Counted from the stretch's first letter, positions 1 through 10,041 are shown. The stretch: DNA of 64,000 bases from Hydrurus foetidus (GCA_900617105.1 UYFQ01000006.1:186001-250000), one strand, 5' to 3'. Notes: generated by a model not told the origin, from the sequence alone. Made by a program: numbers and translations.

Positions 1-1090
1 CAATCACCTCTCTGGCCTTGGCCACATCCACACCCGAAGCCAAACGCCCACCGTCAAAAATCGGCAGGGCCATTGAGGGCTGAAACAGCCATGCGCCGCC
101 GCTGAACAGACTGGCCAAGCCCTGGCTCGCCACACCCAGACCCGCAGTCAGCACAATCTTAGGCAAAAAAGCAGCCCGTGCAGCCGCGATGTTGGCGTGC
201 GTTGCGGCAAGCCGCTGCTCAGCAGCCATCACATCGGGGCGCAACAGCAATACTTCAGCAGGTAAGCCGGGGGCCAGATCGACATCAAACCCTTGAGCAT
301 CCAATGACAGCCCCAGTGGCAAGGCTGCGGGCAGCGTAGACGGGGCGTTGCCCACTAAAAAGTTAAGCTGGTTCGTGATGACGGCGCGTTGGTGCGCCAG
401 GCTGGCGAGGTTGGCGCGTGCGGATTCCAGCAAGCCGCTGGCCTGTTGGTACTCGTAGTCGTAAGCACCGCCAATGTCACGTCCTTTGGCAATCAACACC
501 AACGATTGCTCACGCAAGGCCAAGGTAGAGCTGGCCAGTGCGCCCAACTCTTCCAACTGCAACAGGTTGAAATACGCACTCGCCACATCGGCGACAAGCG
601 AAAGGTGTACCGCACGCTGTGCTTCGGCGGTGGCCAAGTAGCTGTTGCGCGCAGCCTGCGACAGATTGGCTACACGGCCCCAAAAATCAAGCTCATACGA
701 CACGCTGGACAGCGACAAGTCGTAACGTTGACTCGATGCACCGGGAATGCGCGAACCCGTGCCATTACCCGAACCCAGCAGGTTCACCGTGGGAGTTTGG
801 TCTGCCCGTGCAATGCCATACAGCGCTCTGGCTTCCTCCACCCGGCCTGCTGCAATGCGCAGATCGCGGTTGTGTTCCAGTGCGGCAGTAATCAGAACCT
901 GCAAGCGAGGGTCGATGAAAAAGGCCCTCCAGTGCGTCTTGGCGGCGTCGCCTGCGGCCAGGGGGCTCGTGGAACGCGGCCAGTTGTCAGGGATGGGGGG
1001 CGTGGGGCGGTGAAATTCAGCCGTGGGGGCGCAAGCGTTCAGCAACATCACGACAACCAGTGCGACAAAAAAGACGGCGGTGCGACGCAT
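1..1090 (-). CDS. NodT/OprM-family efflux outer-membrane lipoprotein (3' end runs off the window)
   Basis: Not in the ORF track because it is open to the window edge. Manual translation from ATG 1090 gives MRRTAVFFVALVVVMLLNAC (lipobox), then WRAFFIDPRLQVLITAALEHNRDLRIA, SYELDFWGRV and LLLRPDVMAAEQRLAATHANIAAARAAFLP, all typical outer-membrane-factor motifs. Confidence 0.9.
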   Translation of the reverse strand, partial: MRRTAVFFVALVVVMLLNACAPTAEFHRPTPPIPDNWPRSTSPLAAGDAAKTHWRAFFIDPRLQVLITAALEHNRDLRIAAGRVEEARALYGIARADQTPTVNLLGSGNGTGSRIPGASSQRYDLSLSSVSYELDFWGRVANLSQAARNSYLATAEAQRAVHLSLVADVASAYFNLLQLEELGALASSTLALREQSLVLIAKGRDIGGAYDYEYQQASGLLESARANLASLAHQRAVITNQLNFLVGNAPSTLPAALPLGLSLDAQGFDVDLAPGLPAEVLLLRPDVMAAEQRLAATHANIAAARAAFLPKIVLTAGLGVASQGLASLFSGGAWLFQPSMALPIFDGGRLASGVDVAKAREVI

Positions 1091-1151
1091 GGGAATGACT
1101 CGGTTCAAACACAGATAGAGGTCAAATTCAAACTGCAAGGCAATAGGCCAA

Positions 1152-2609
1152 TCAAGCCGAGCTCTTGTTCCACTGCGCTACCTGCTGAGTCACGTAGCTG
1201 TTCAGCGCCGTCAATGAGGCCATTTGAGTGTCCAGCGCGGTGTACTGCTTACGCAAACGCGCCTCCACGGTAGTGGCGCGGTCGGTCACTTTTTGCTGCT
1301 CCGTGCTGTTGCGGTCAAGGGTAGTTTGAATCGCTGCTGATTTGGCCCCAACAGTGCCTCCTGTCGCCAATAACGCCTGGGTGAGATTTTTCAGCTTCAG
1401 CCCCAAGCCGTTGGTGGTTGCAGTGCCCCCATTGGATGTAAAGAATTTTTTGACATCGGGTATGTTTTTCAGCGCTGCATCGAGCTTGCTGTTGGTCTGC
1501 AAGCTACCGTCACGCTGCACGGAAATACCGATGTCTGACAGGCGTGAAAACGTTCCACCGGTGGTGATGGAGCCCAGCACATTCCGCAGTGCATTTTGCA
1601 GTCCAATGGTGGTTGAATCTCCTTGGAGCAGCGAACCTCTTTTATTGGCAGAGTCGTACTTGGTGGCATCGGTCAACGTGGTATTAAGGGCGTTGTAAGC
1701 ATCAACAAAGCTGGTAATGGTTTTTTTGATGGCCGCCGTGTCTTGGCTGATACCCACGGTCACCGGCGCGGTCGTCACCTGCCCCACCTGGAGCGACAAA
1801 CCCGGCACCAGCGAGGCAAAGGTGTTGGTGCTGGACGTGACAGCCACGCCATTGAGGGTGGCCTGGGCATCCCGCGCTTGCATCGAGTTTGCAGTCGTCG
1901 TGGCCATACCTGAGGGCAGTAAGGTCAACGGATCGTTGGTCGCGGGATCGAAGGCTAAACGAGACAAACCGCTGTTGTCATTGTTAGTGGTGTCAGCGTC
2001 TGTCACCTGCATCCGAAAGCCGGACAACTCGCCCGTGGTGTTCGAGCGCACCGACAACCTCTGACCCGCGTTGTCCGTGATGATGGTGGCCGTGACACCT
2101 GCCCCAGCATCGTTGATTTTGGAGGCGATAGACGCCAACGAATCCTGCCCAGTACCGATGGTGATGGACACCGCAGCTGCAGCCCCAGGCGTGAACGCAC
2201 CAAAACCCGAAGACCACTTGCCCAGCTGAAGACTGATAGTGCCCGTACCCAGCGATGCCCCCGAAGCTACAACGGCGCTGGCAGCAGACTGCCCGCGCGA
2301 CAGTTGTTGCACCTCGATGCTGTAGCTGCCCGGCGAGGGCACTCCCGTCGCAGACGCAGTGACAGCACTGGTATTGGAGGAGGTGACAGCAATAGGATTC
2401 CATAACGCCGAGGTGCCCAGACTGAGCGCTACATCGTTCAGTGTTGACAGCTGTGACTTGATGGTGCCGTAAGCAGACAACTGGGAGGTGAGCGAGGTGG
2501 CCTTGTTTTTGAGCGTGGTGATGGGTTGCTTTTCCAGTTCCACCAATTTGGTGATGATGCTGTTGACATCCAACCCACTGCCAATGCCCACTGACGAAAT
2601 AGTTGCCAT
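1152..2609 (-). CDS. fliD: Flagellar filament cap protein
   Basis: N-terminus MATISSVGIGSGLDVNSII, C-terminal RLRKQYTALD; lies downstream of the flagellins. Confidence 0.96.
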   Translation of the reverse strand: MATISSVGIGSGLDVNSIITKLVELEKQPITTLKNKATSLTSQLSAYGTIKSQLSTLNDVALSLGTSALWNPIAVTSSNTSAVTASATGVPSPGSYSIEVQQLSRGQSAASAVVASGASLGTGTISLQLGKWSSGFGAFTPGAAAAVSITIGTGQDSLASIASKINDAGAGVTATIITDNAGQRLSVRSNTTGELSGFRMQVTDADTTNNDNSGLSRLAFDPATNDPLTLLPSGMATTTANSMQARDAQATLNGVAVTSSTNTFASLVPGLSLQVGQVTTAPVTVGISQDTAAIKKTITSFVDAYNALNTTLTDATKYDSANKRGSLLQGDSTTIGLQNALRNVLGSITTGGTFSRLSDIGISVQRDGSLQTNSKLDAALKNIPDVKKFFTSNGGTATTNGLGLKLKNLTQALLATGGTVGAKSAAIQTTLDRNSTEQQKVTDRATTVEARLRKQYTALDTQMASLTALNSYVTQQVAQWNKSSA

Positions 2610-2670
2610 ACCACCACCTCTTTCACCCTACTGGGCATAAACAGCTATCAAATAGCTGACAGAAACCACA

Positions 2671-2701
2671 AAGCGGCTGCGGGCAAAACCCACCGCCGCT
2701 T
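2671..2701 (-). terminator. Putative terminator or attenuator hairpin between flagellin and fliD
   Basis: AAGCGGC...GCCGCTT stem with an inner GGG/CCC stem. The T-tract is weak, which is compatible with partial read-through into fliD. Confidence 0.45.
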
Positions 2702-2751
2702 GGCAGACCACCGGGTTGCCCCGGCTTTTAAAACCCTGAATCCGTGGCCGT

Positions 2752-4251
2752 TTAGCCGCGCAACAGGGCTAGCACACCTTGCGGCAACTGGTTCGCTTGG
2801 GCCACCATCGCCGTACCTGCCTGTTGCAAGATTTGAGAACGCGAAAGGTTGGCTGTTTCCGACGCAAAGTCAGCATCTTGAATGCGTGAACGCGAAGCAC
2901 TGGCATTTTCAGAAGATGTTTGCAAATTAGCTACCGTGGTGTCAAAGCGAGACTGCAAAGCACCAAACTTGGCACGCTGGCCGTTCACAGCGGACAGGGC
3001 GGCATCCACCGTAGAAATAGTACGGGTTGCAGAATCGACCGTGGACACATCAAGGGTACTGGCACTTTGGAGTTGACTGGATTGATTACCCAAGAAGAAA
3101 CTGACACCTGCCGCACCAGTTGCACTCACAATACCAAAAGTTTTATCCGAATCCAAGGAAATAGCGCCCGTCACATAAGCGGTGCCCGTGACGGCGACTG
3201 CTGCTGCACCACCAACGGTAATGGCTCCTGTGGCTGATGAATTGGTAATGGCAATGTCGTTACCAGAATCATTGGTCAAAGTGATCCCCGTACCCGCAGT
3301 GTTCAGCTTTGCAGAGACCCCTGTTTGAGAAGACTTGTCATTGAACGCATTGATGGCACCAGCCAATCCATCGGCATTCAGCGCAGCCCCTGTGCTGAAC
3401 GATACTGTTACAGCGGTAGTGTTATTTGATTTCACCGTCAAGGTGAAATTGTCACTGACGGTCAATGCCGTAGCATCGACCTCTGTGCGTGCGGTGGCTG
3501 AAACTCCTGTAGCGTTGGTCTGCGCATTGATGGTAGCAGCAACAGATTTCGCACTGGCACCAACCGCAACACCAATTGTCGCGCTGCCTGCAGCACCATT
3601 CACAGCAAAAGTCGCATCAGCAACAATCGTGCTGGTCGCACTGACTACGCCTACGGACAAATTCGTGCCTAACGAAGAGCCCGTCACCAAATCACCAGCA
3701 CCGCCGGCCGTGGCTGCGGCTTTAGAACCAATGCGGTTGTTGCCGTACTTGCTGGTACTGAAATCTGCCGTGGTGGCCGTGATCGTTTGGTTTGCGTTGG
3801 CACCCACTTGAAAAGTGGACGAGCTAAAGCTGCCATCCAACAAGTTTTGACCGTTGAACTGGGTGGTCTTGGCGATGCGGTCAAGCTCAGAGGTAAGCTG
3901 ACCCACTTCTTCGTTCAACGCCTTGCGGTCGCTGGCGGAATTGGTGGCGTTGGCAGACTGCACGGCAAGCTCACGCACCCGTTGCAGAATATTGCCTGCT
4001 GTGCCTAACGCACCTTCAGCCGTTTGCGCCAGTGAAATGCCATCATTGGCATTGCGAGAGGCTTGGTTCAAACCGCGAATTTGCGAGGTAAAACGCTCCG
4101 AAATGCCCAAACCGGCGGCATCGTCTTTGGCGCTGTTGATGCGCAAACCGGAAGACAAACGCGCCATGGAGGTAGACAACGACATTTGCGACGAAGACAA
4201 GTGGCGCTGGGCATTCAACGAATTGATGTTGCTGTTGACAGATAAAGCCAT
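2752..4251 (-). CDS. fliC: Flagellin, downstream copy (499 aa)
   Basis: [17 protein letters not shown] and [15 protein letters not shown] motifs. Start placed at MALSVNSN (ATG 4251), preceded by a CAGGAG SD. Confidence 0.97.
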   Translation of the reverse strand: MALSVNSNINSLNAQRHLSSSQMSLSTSMARLSSGLRINSAKDDAAGLGISERFTSQIRGLNQASRNANDGISLAQTAEGALGTAGNILQRVRELAVQSANATNSASDRKALNEEVGQLTSELDRIAKTTQFNGQNLLDGSFSSSTFQVGANANQTITATTADFSTSKYGNNRIGSKAAATAGGAGDLVTGSSLGTNLSVGVVSATSTIVADATFAVNGAAGSATIGVAVGASAKSVAATINAQTNATGVSATARTEVDATALTVSDNFTLTVKSNNTTAVTVSFSTGAALNADGLAGAINAFNDKSSQTGVSAKLNTAGTGITLTNDSGNDIAITNSSATGAITVGGAAAVAVTGTAYVTGAISLDSDKTFGIVSATGAAGVSFFLGNQSSQLQSASTLDVSTVDSATRTISTVDAALSAVNGQRAKFGALQSRFDTTVANLQTSSENASASRSRIQDADFASETANLSRSQILQQAGTAMVAQANQLPQGVLALLRG

Positions 4252-4257
4252 GATGAA

Positions 4258-4330
4258 CTCCTGAAACTGGTCCTGAAGCATTGCTGCCTCTAAATGCCCT
4301 CCCAACCGGGTTGGCTACTTTGGCCAGCTC
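4258..4330 (-). ncRNA. Candidate structured 5' leader of the downstream flagellin
   Basis: Shares GCTGGnCAAAG..GCCAACC-loop-GGyTGG..TAGAG..GGCA-N4-TGCy..CCAGT..AGGAG with the other flagellin leader. Confidence 0.5.
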
Positions 4331-4384
4331 GTCCCCCTGGACTTTTGCTTGGCGGCGGGCCCTGATATGAACCCGTTAATAGCT

Positions 4385-4411
4385 TTTTCGGAGTGTTCTG
4401 GACAAAACTTA
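4385..4411 (-). promoter_or_regulatory. Sigma-28 (FliA) promoter of the downstream flagellin
   Basis: TAAG-N15-TCCGAAAA on the minus strand versus consensus TAAA-N15-GCCGATAA. Confidence 0.75.
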
Positions 4412-4468
4412 AGGGATTCCTTCAAAATTGACTTTATCGCCCTGATGCGAACTGGGTTAATGGCTCGT

Positions 4469-5968
4469 TTACTGGCGCAGCAAAGCCAGAACACCCTGCG
4501 GCAACTGGTTCGCCTGAGCCACCATTGCGGTGCCTGCTTGCTGCAAGATTTGCGAGCGAGAAAGATTGGCTGTTTCCATTGCAAAGTCTGCATCCTGAAT
4601 ACGTGAGCGCGATGCACTGAAGTTTTCCGACGAAGTTTGCAAGTTGGCAATAGTGGTCTCAAAGCGCGACTGCAAGGCACCAAATTTGGCACGCTGGCCG
4701 TTAACAACCGAGAGCGCAGAATCCACTGTGGCTAGTGTTCGGGTAGCAGAATCCACCGTGGAGACATCCAAGGTATTCGCACCTTGAAGTTGACTGCCCG
4801 CATTACCCAAGAAAAAGCTGACACCTGCCGCCCCAGTGGTACTGACGATGCCAAACGTTTTGTCCGAATCCATGGTGATAGCACCCGTCACGTAGGCAGT
4901 CCCCGTCAAAGCTGCTGCCGTAGCGCCGCCAACGGTAAGAGCGGCTGTTGCAGATGCGTTCGTGATGGCAATGTCATTGCCCGAAGCATTGGTTAATGTG
5001 ATGCCCGTGCCTGCAGTGTTGAGTTTAGCCGTAACACCGGTCTGCGAAGTTTTGTCGTTGAAGGCATTAATTGCACTCGCCAAGCCATCGGCATTGAGCG
5101 CAGCACCGGTACTGAACGAAACAGATACAGCCGTACCGTTGTCAGACTTCACAGTAAGAGAAAAATTATCATTGACTGTAAGTGCCGTGGCATCCACCTC
5201 GGTGCGAGCAGTAGCAGTAACACCAGTGGCCGTGGTCTGTGCATTGATATTGGCCGCAACAGTTTTTGCACTCGCACCAGCCAAAACGCCAATCGTGGCA
5301 CTGCCAGCTGCACCATTCACGGCAAAAGTAAGATCAGCTGCAATGGTGCTGGTAGCACTGACAACGCCCACTGACAAATTCGCACCCAGCGCTGAGCCTG
5401 TGACCAAATCACCAATAGCCCCAGCAGTGACTGCTGCCTGCGAACCAATACGGTTATTGCCGTACTTGTTTGTGCTGAAGTTAGCTGTCGTCGCCGTCAT
5501 GGTCTGATTGGCATTCGCACCTACCTGGAAAGTAGACGAAGCAAAACTACCATCCAATAAATTTTGACCATTGAACTGCGTAGTTTTGGCAATCCGATCC
5601 AACTCAGAGGTCAGTTGCCCGACTTCAGCATTCAGCGCAGCGCGGTCACTGGAAGAATTGGTGGCGTTGGCAGACTGTACGGCCAGTTCGCGCACCCGCT
5701 GCAAGATGGTGCTGGCAGAGCTAAGCGCACCTTCACCCGTTTGCGCCAGCGAAATACCATCATTGGCGTTGCGTGCCGCTTGATTCACGCCTTTGATTTG
5801 CGACGTGAAGCGCTCGGCAATGCCCAAACCTGCGGCATCGTCTTTGGCGCTATTGATGCGCAAACCAGAAGACAGCCGTTGCATGGCGGTGGCGAGTGAG
5901 GCTTGTGAGCCAGCCAAGTGACGTTGTGAGTTCAGCGAATTGATATTGCTGTTGATGATCGAAGGCAT
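4469..5968 (-). CDS. fliC: Flagellin, upstream copy (499 aa)
   Basis: Same conserved N- and C-terminal flagellin motifs; AAGGAG SD. Confidence 0.97.
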   Translation of the reverse strand: MPSIINSNINSLNSQRHLAGSQASLATAMQRLSSGLRINSAKDDAAGLGIAERFTSQIKGVNQAARNANDGISLAQTGEGALSSASTILQRVRELAVQSANATNSSSDRAALNAEVGQLTSELDRIAKTTQFNGQNLLDGSFASSTFQVGANANQTMTATTANFSTNKYGNNRIGSQAAVTAGAIGDLVTGSALGANLSVGVVSATSTIAADLTFAVNGAAGSATIGVLAGASAKTVAANINAQTTATGVTATARTEVDATALTVNDNFSLTVKSDNGTAVSVSFSTGAALNADGLASAINAFNDKTSQTGVTAKLNTAGTGITLTNASGNDIAITNASATAALTVGGATAAALTGTAYVTGAITMDSDKTFGIVSTTGAAGVSFFLGNAGSQLQGANTLDVSTVDSATRTLATVDSALSVVNGQRAKFGALQSRFETTIANLQTSSENFSASRSRIQDADFAMETANLSRSQILQQAGTAMVAQANQLPQGVLALLRQ

Positions 5969-5976
5969 TTGGGATA

Positions 5977-6112
5977 CTCCTTAACACTGGATAAATTCGG
6001 CACTGTTGCCAATCTCTACGCCAGCCCGAAGGTTGGCCCTTTGTCCAGCACTGCCCTCAAGGGCACTTGCCGGGCCTCAATGTTTTTCTGACACTGAGGG
6101 TCACTTGCTGAA
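5977..6112 (-). ncRNA. Candidate structured 5' leader of the upstream flagellin
   Basis: Hairpins CCTCAGTGT/ACATTGAGG, TGCCC/GGGCA, GCCAACC-TTCG-GGCTGGC and GGCA/TGCC. The 3' part is homologous to the other flagellin leader. Confidence 0.5.
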
Positions 6113-6314
6113 TGACACAGTTCGAAGATTAAAGAATCTGAAGTTTTTCAATCATTGGATTAGGTGGTTTTTTAAACCTCAAATCAGCACGCCACAATTC
6201 CGTCGAAGCCGTTAGCACAGACAAGAAAAGGCATATTTAACGGAACACCCCCCTCAGTTCACGTCTTTTTAAAAATCAAAATTGATAGCTTAAATCGAAT
6301 ATCAAGAAAGGCTT

Positions 6315-6535
6315 ACAACGTGTTTTCAACACCAACCTAACCTGCCCCAAAACTACCGGAATGAGAAGAAGGAAATATGCCAGCGACATCCATCGAGAGA
6401 AGTTCGCCGAAATTGAGCTGCTGCTGTGCGGCGTGCACCGACGCACAAAGTCCACAGTCCACACCACAGTCCAGATTGCCAAGCGCAGTGAATTGCACAA
6501 ATTCGCAGTCATTCCAAAACGATGGGCGGCGGAGG
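6315..6535 (+). mobile_element. Internally deleted IS5-family transposase remnant
   Basis: MRRRKYASDIHREKFAEIELLL..RRTK resembles an IS5-family N-terminus. It joins directly to VQIAKRSELHKFAVIPKRW, which resembles the C-terminal 'F.VIPKRWVVER' segment. The catalytic core is absent and the element ends are uncertain. Confidence 0.75.
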
Positions 6536-6720
6536 TGTCAGCCACGAAGCGATGCACCGTCTGCTTTACAGCAGAGCACATCAGCCTTTGCCTTACAACA
6601 CAACACCTGCACGATGACGCTTCAAACGGAATTTGGCTGATTCAAGTTAATTTACGCCCGATTAACAATCCATTTCAGCGGATCAACACCTTGATTCACA
6701 CCCACAAAACGGAGCTGAAC

Positions 6721-7047
6721 ATGGATCAAACCCAAATGCTGGCAGACATCAGAGAAGCCAACCTCACCTACCTGATGCTGGCCCAAAGCTTGATCCGCCA
6801 AGACCGCGCTGAAGCCCTGTTTCGCTTGGGACTATCTGAAGAAGCCGCTGAATTGATTGGTATGTTGTCACCCGCCCAGATCATGAAAATAGCCTCAGGC
6901 AACATGCTGCTGTGCCGCTTCCGTGTGGACGATGACATGGTGTGGCAACTGCTGACCAACCACACGGTACGTAAAGTAGAGAACAGCGCAACGACCAAAC
7001 TGCACGCCAGCATTCTGATGGCCGGCAAGTTCTCAGAAACCATCTGA
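6721..7047 (+). CDS. flhD: Flagellar master regulator subunit FlhD
   Basis: IREANLTYLMLAQ..ALFRLG..LCRFR..HASIL motifs; GGAG SD before ATG 6721. The ORF track extends it upstream through the IS remnant. Confidence 0.95.
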   Translation: MDQTQMLADIREANLTYLMLAQSLIRQDRAEALFRLGLSEEAAELIGMLSPAQIMKIASGNMLLCRFRVDDDMVWQLLTNHTVRKVENSATTKLHASILMAGKFSETI

Positions 7048-7108
7048 GAACTTGCCCCCCTTGCTCACGTCACCCCGAGCATCTTCACCCTTTCGCATTG
7101 GAAGCATC

Positions 7109-7648
7109 ATGGCCTCACCCAAAAGCATACTGAACGAATCCCGTCAAATCGAGCGGGCTGTCAGCCTGATTCACCTCGGTGCGCGCCTGCAAGTATTGGA
7201 AAGCGAAACCGATTTGTCTTACGAGCGCTTGCTGCGCCTCTATAAAGAGGTGTCAGGCAAGTCACCCTCTAAAGGGCAGTTACCATTTTCGACCGATTGG
7301 TTTTTGACTTGGCAACCCAATGTGCATTCTTCGTTGTTTTTGAACATCCATCAGTACTTGTCCAAAGCATCTGAACTGGACGATATTGATGCCACCATCA
7401 AAGCCTACCGCCTTTACCGCGAACAGATGCAGGCTTGTGGACTGGAAGAATTGCTATCGGTAACAAGGGCGTGGCGTTTGGTCAAGTTTGTCAACAACAG
7501 CATGCTGAAGTTAACGCCCTGCTCCACCTGTGGCGGCCATTTTGTGACCGAACCCTACGAGCGTTCACGCCATTTTGTATGTGGTTTATGCAAGCCTCCA
7601 GCCCGTGCAGGCAAAGGCGCATCAGTCGGAAGCTTGCACCTGCATTGA
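7109..7648 (+). CDS. flhC: Flagellar master regulator subunit FlhC
   Basis: LGARLQVLESET, KGQLPFSTDWF and zinc-binding CxxC..CxxC motifs. Confidence 0.96.
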   Translation: MASPKSILNESRQIERAVSLIHLGARLQVLESETDLSYERLLRLYKEVSGKSPSKGQLPFSTDWFLTWQPNVHSSLFLNIHQYLSKASELDDIDATIKAYRLYREQMQACGLEELLSVTRAWRLVKFVNNSMLKLTPCSTCGGHFVTEPYERSRHFVCGLCKPPARAGKGASVGSLHLH

Positions 7649-7674
7649 ATTGAAGGACTAATACCCCTTTTATT

Positions 7675-7701
7675 CAAACACCCCTTGCGTGGTGCCGTTT
7701 T
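7675..7701 (+). promoter_or_regulatory. Possible sigma-28 promoter of motAB-cheYZ
   Basis: CAAA-N15-GCCGTTTT upstream of motA. Confidence 0.45.
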
Positions 7702-7724
7702 ACGAATCCTGACAAAATAGCCCT

Positions 7725-8585
7725 ATGTTTGTTGTCATTGGCTATATTGTTTGTCTAGGCTGTATCTTTGGCGTCTATGTTGCTCACGGTGGCAACATTG
7801 GCGTCATCTTGCACGCCCTACCCTTTGAAATGCTCACCATTTTGGGCGGTGCGCTGGGTGCGTTCATCGTGAACAACCAGCCCAAGGTAATGAAAGCCAC
7901 GCTAAAAGCCTTGCCTATGGCGATGAAAGGCTCTAAATACACCAAGGCCCGCTACCTGGAGCTGCTGGCCATGATGTACGACATTTTACAAAAAGCCCGC
8001 AAAGAAGGCCTGATGGCCATTGAAAAAGACGTGGAATCGCCCCACGAGTCCGCCATCTTCAAAAAGTACCCCACCGTGGGCAGCGACCACCATGTGATCG
8101 AGTTCATGACTGATTACCTGCGCATGATGGTCTCGGGTAACTTGAATGCCCACGAGATTGAGTCGCTGATGGACAACGAAATCGAAGTTCACCACCAAGA
8201 AGCCCATGCCCCGGTAGCTGCACTCGCACGTTTAGCCGGTGCGCTACCTGCGTTTGGTATTGTGGCGGCCGTGCTGGGCGTGATAAATACCATGGGTTCG
8301 GTGGGTCAACCCCCTGCTATTTTGGGGGGCATGATCGGCTCGGCACTGGTGGGCACCTTCCTCGGAATTTTGATGGCCTACGGCGTGATGGAGCCCTTGG
8401 GCGGGCTGGTCGAACAAAAAATGGAAGACGCGAGCAAAGAAATCATCTGCATCAAAACCACCCTGTTGGCCAGCATGCAGGGTTACAACCCATCCACCGC
8501 CATCGAGTTTGGTCGAAAGGTTTTATTCTCTCTCGACCGACCTACTTTCAGTGAGTTGGAAAACCATGTGCGCGGCAAGAAGTAA
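7725..8585 (+). CDS. motA: Flagellar stator protein MotA
   Basis: PAFGIVAAVLG, ALVGTFLGI and AIEFGRK motifs. Confidence 0.97.
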   Translation: MFVVIGYIVCLGCIFGVYVAHGGNIGVILHALPFEMLTILGGALGAFIVNNQPKVMKATLKALPMAMKGSKYTKARYLELLAMMYDILQKARKEGLMAIEKDVESPHESAIFKKYPTVGSDHHVIEFMTDYLRMMVSGNLNAHEIESLMDNEIEVHHQEAHAPVAALARLAGALPAFGIVAAVLGVINTMGSVGQPPAILGGMIGSALVGTFLGILMAYGVMEPLGGLVEQKMEDASKEIICIKTTLLASMQGYNPSTAIEFGRKVLFSLDRPTFSELENHVRGKK

Positions 8586-8669
8586 ATAAGCAGGTATAAA
8601 TCGCCCAAGCGCATTGGATCGCCGGTATTTAAGACCAAAAGCTTGACAGGGTTTGAAAGAAGATAAGTC

Positions 8670-9626
8670 ATGGCAGATGCCAAAAAATTACAACCGATCA
8701 TCGTCAAGAGGATCAAAAAGGCTGGCCACGTCGCGCACGGTGGTGCTTGGAAAATCGCCTACGCCGATTTCGTAACAGCCATGATGGCCTTTTTCTTGTT
8801 GATGTGGCTCTTAGGCTCTACCGCCAAAGGTGACTTAAACGGTATCGCCTCACATTTTTCCATGCCCCTGAAAGTTTCGTTGATGGGTGGTGACGGCGCA
8901 GGCAGCAGCTCATCCATCATCACAGGCGGTGGCAAAGATTTATCAAAATCGAGTGGCCAAAAAAACAAGTCAGACAGCGAGAAGCGCGAAGCCAAGAAAA
9001 TGTCTTACGAAGAGATCAAGGCTGAAAATGCAAAGCAAGATGCGGCAAGCATTGCAGCGCTGGCACAAAAAATCCAAGAACTGATCGTACTGAATCCCAA
9101 GCTGTCAGAGTTTGGTTCGCAAATCAAAATGGAAATCACACCCGATGGGCTTCAAATCCAACTGGTGGACGAGCAAAACAGGCCTATGTTTGACTCGGGC
9201 AGCGCGTTAGTGAAGCCCTACATGCGCGACATATTGCGAGAAATTGGCAGTGCGTTGAACGGCGTTAAAAACCGCGTCAGCCTCTCTGGACACACCGATG
9301 CGTCACCTTACGGCAATGGTGACCGAGGCTACGGCAATTGGGAGTTGTCTGCCGATCGGGCCAACGCCTCACGCCGTGAACTGGTCGTCGCAGGCATGCC
9401 GGATGCCAAATTAGCACGGGTGGTGGGCCTCGCGTCCAGCAGTTTGATGGAACCTGAGACTCCACTCAGCCCCGTGAACCGCCGTATTACCATCCTGGTT
9501 TTAACGCGTGAGGCAGAATCGCGATTGATGGGCAAACCTGAGTTGGACTCCCCCACACAAGCGGAAGAAGAAACGCCAGCACCAGCCAAGAACGCGGCAG
9601 CAAAACCAGCCAGCCGCACACGATAG
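8670..9626 (+). CDS. motB: Flagellar stator protein MotB
   Basis: WKIAYADFVTAMMAFFL; OmpA-like GHTD..NWELSADRA..NRR. Confidence 0.97.
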   Translation: MADAKKLQPIIVKRIKKAGHVAHGGAWKIAYADFVTAMMAFFLLMWLLGSTAKGDLNGIASHFSMPLKVSLMGGDGAGSSSSIITGGGKDLSKSSGQKNKSDSEKREAKKMSYEEIKAENAKQDAASIAALAQKIQELIVLNPKLSEFGSQIKMEITPDGLQIQLVDEQNRPMFDSGSALVKPYMRDILREIGSALNGVKNRVSLSGHTDASPYGNGDRGYGNWELSADRANASRRELVVAGMPDAKLARVVGLASSSLMEPETPLSPVNRRITILVLTREAESRLMGKPELDSPTQAEEETPAPAKNAAAKPASRTR

Positions 9627-9647
9627 CAATTTATTTGAAAGTTACCC

Positions 9648-10034
9648 ATGGCAAACGATCTTCGCTTCCTCATCGTTGATGATTTTTCCACCATGCGACG
9701 CATTATTCGCGGCCTGCTCAAAGAGATCGGCTATACCGATGCCGATGAAGCGGAAGATGGCGTAGCTGCATTGCAAAAGCTGCGCAACGGCAACTTTGAT
9801 TTCGTGGTGAGCGATATCAACATGCCCAATATGAACGGCTTCCAGCTGCTCGGTGAAATCAAAAAAGACGATAAGCTTAAACACTTACCCGTTCTGATGG
9901 TCACCGCTGAGGCCCGCAAAGAAGACATCGTGGCCGCCGCCCAAGGCGGTGCGGCAGGTTATATCGTCAAACCATTCACAAAAGCCACCCTGGAAGACAA
10001 AGTAGCTCATATTTTGAAGAAACTAGGGATGTGA
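9648..10034 (+). CDS. cheY: Chemotaxis response regulator CheY
   Basis: [18 protein letters not shown] and YIVKPF motifs. Confidence 0.97.
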   Translation: MANDLRFLIVDDFSTMRRIIRGLLKEIGYTDADEAEDGVAALQKLRNGNFDFVVSDINMPNMNGFQLLGEIKKDDKLKHLPVLMVTAEARKEDIVAAAQGGAAGYIVKPFTKATLEDKVAHILKKLGM

Positions 10035-10041
10035 GCACACC

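Noticed and set aside
389..1273. 294-aa plus-strand ORF
   Set aside because: Antisense shadow of the NodT-family gene and the fliD end; no recognisable motifs.
2665..2730. c-di-GMP-I riboswitch-like words (GGGCAAAACCC, GGCAG..CCGGGTTGCC)
   Set aside because: They lie on the strand opposite fliD and lack the GAAA tetraloop/receptor architecture; better explained as terminator hairpins.
6237..6262. Sigma-28 promoter for the upstream flagellin (TCCGTTAA as -10)
   Set aside because: No acceptable -35 at 15-nt spacing.
6640..6666. Sigma-28-like promoter before flhD (TCAAG..CCCGATTA)
   Set aside because: The spacer is about 4 nt too short.
6361..7047. 228-aa FlhD as the main product
   Set aside because: A good SD and canonical FlhD length point to ATG 6721; the extension is IS-derived plus intergenic sequence.
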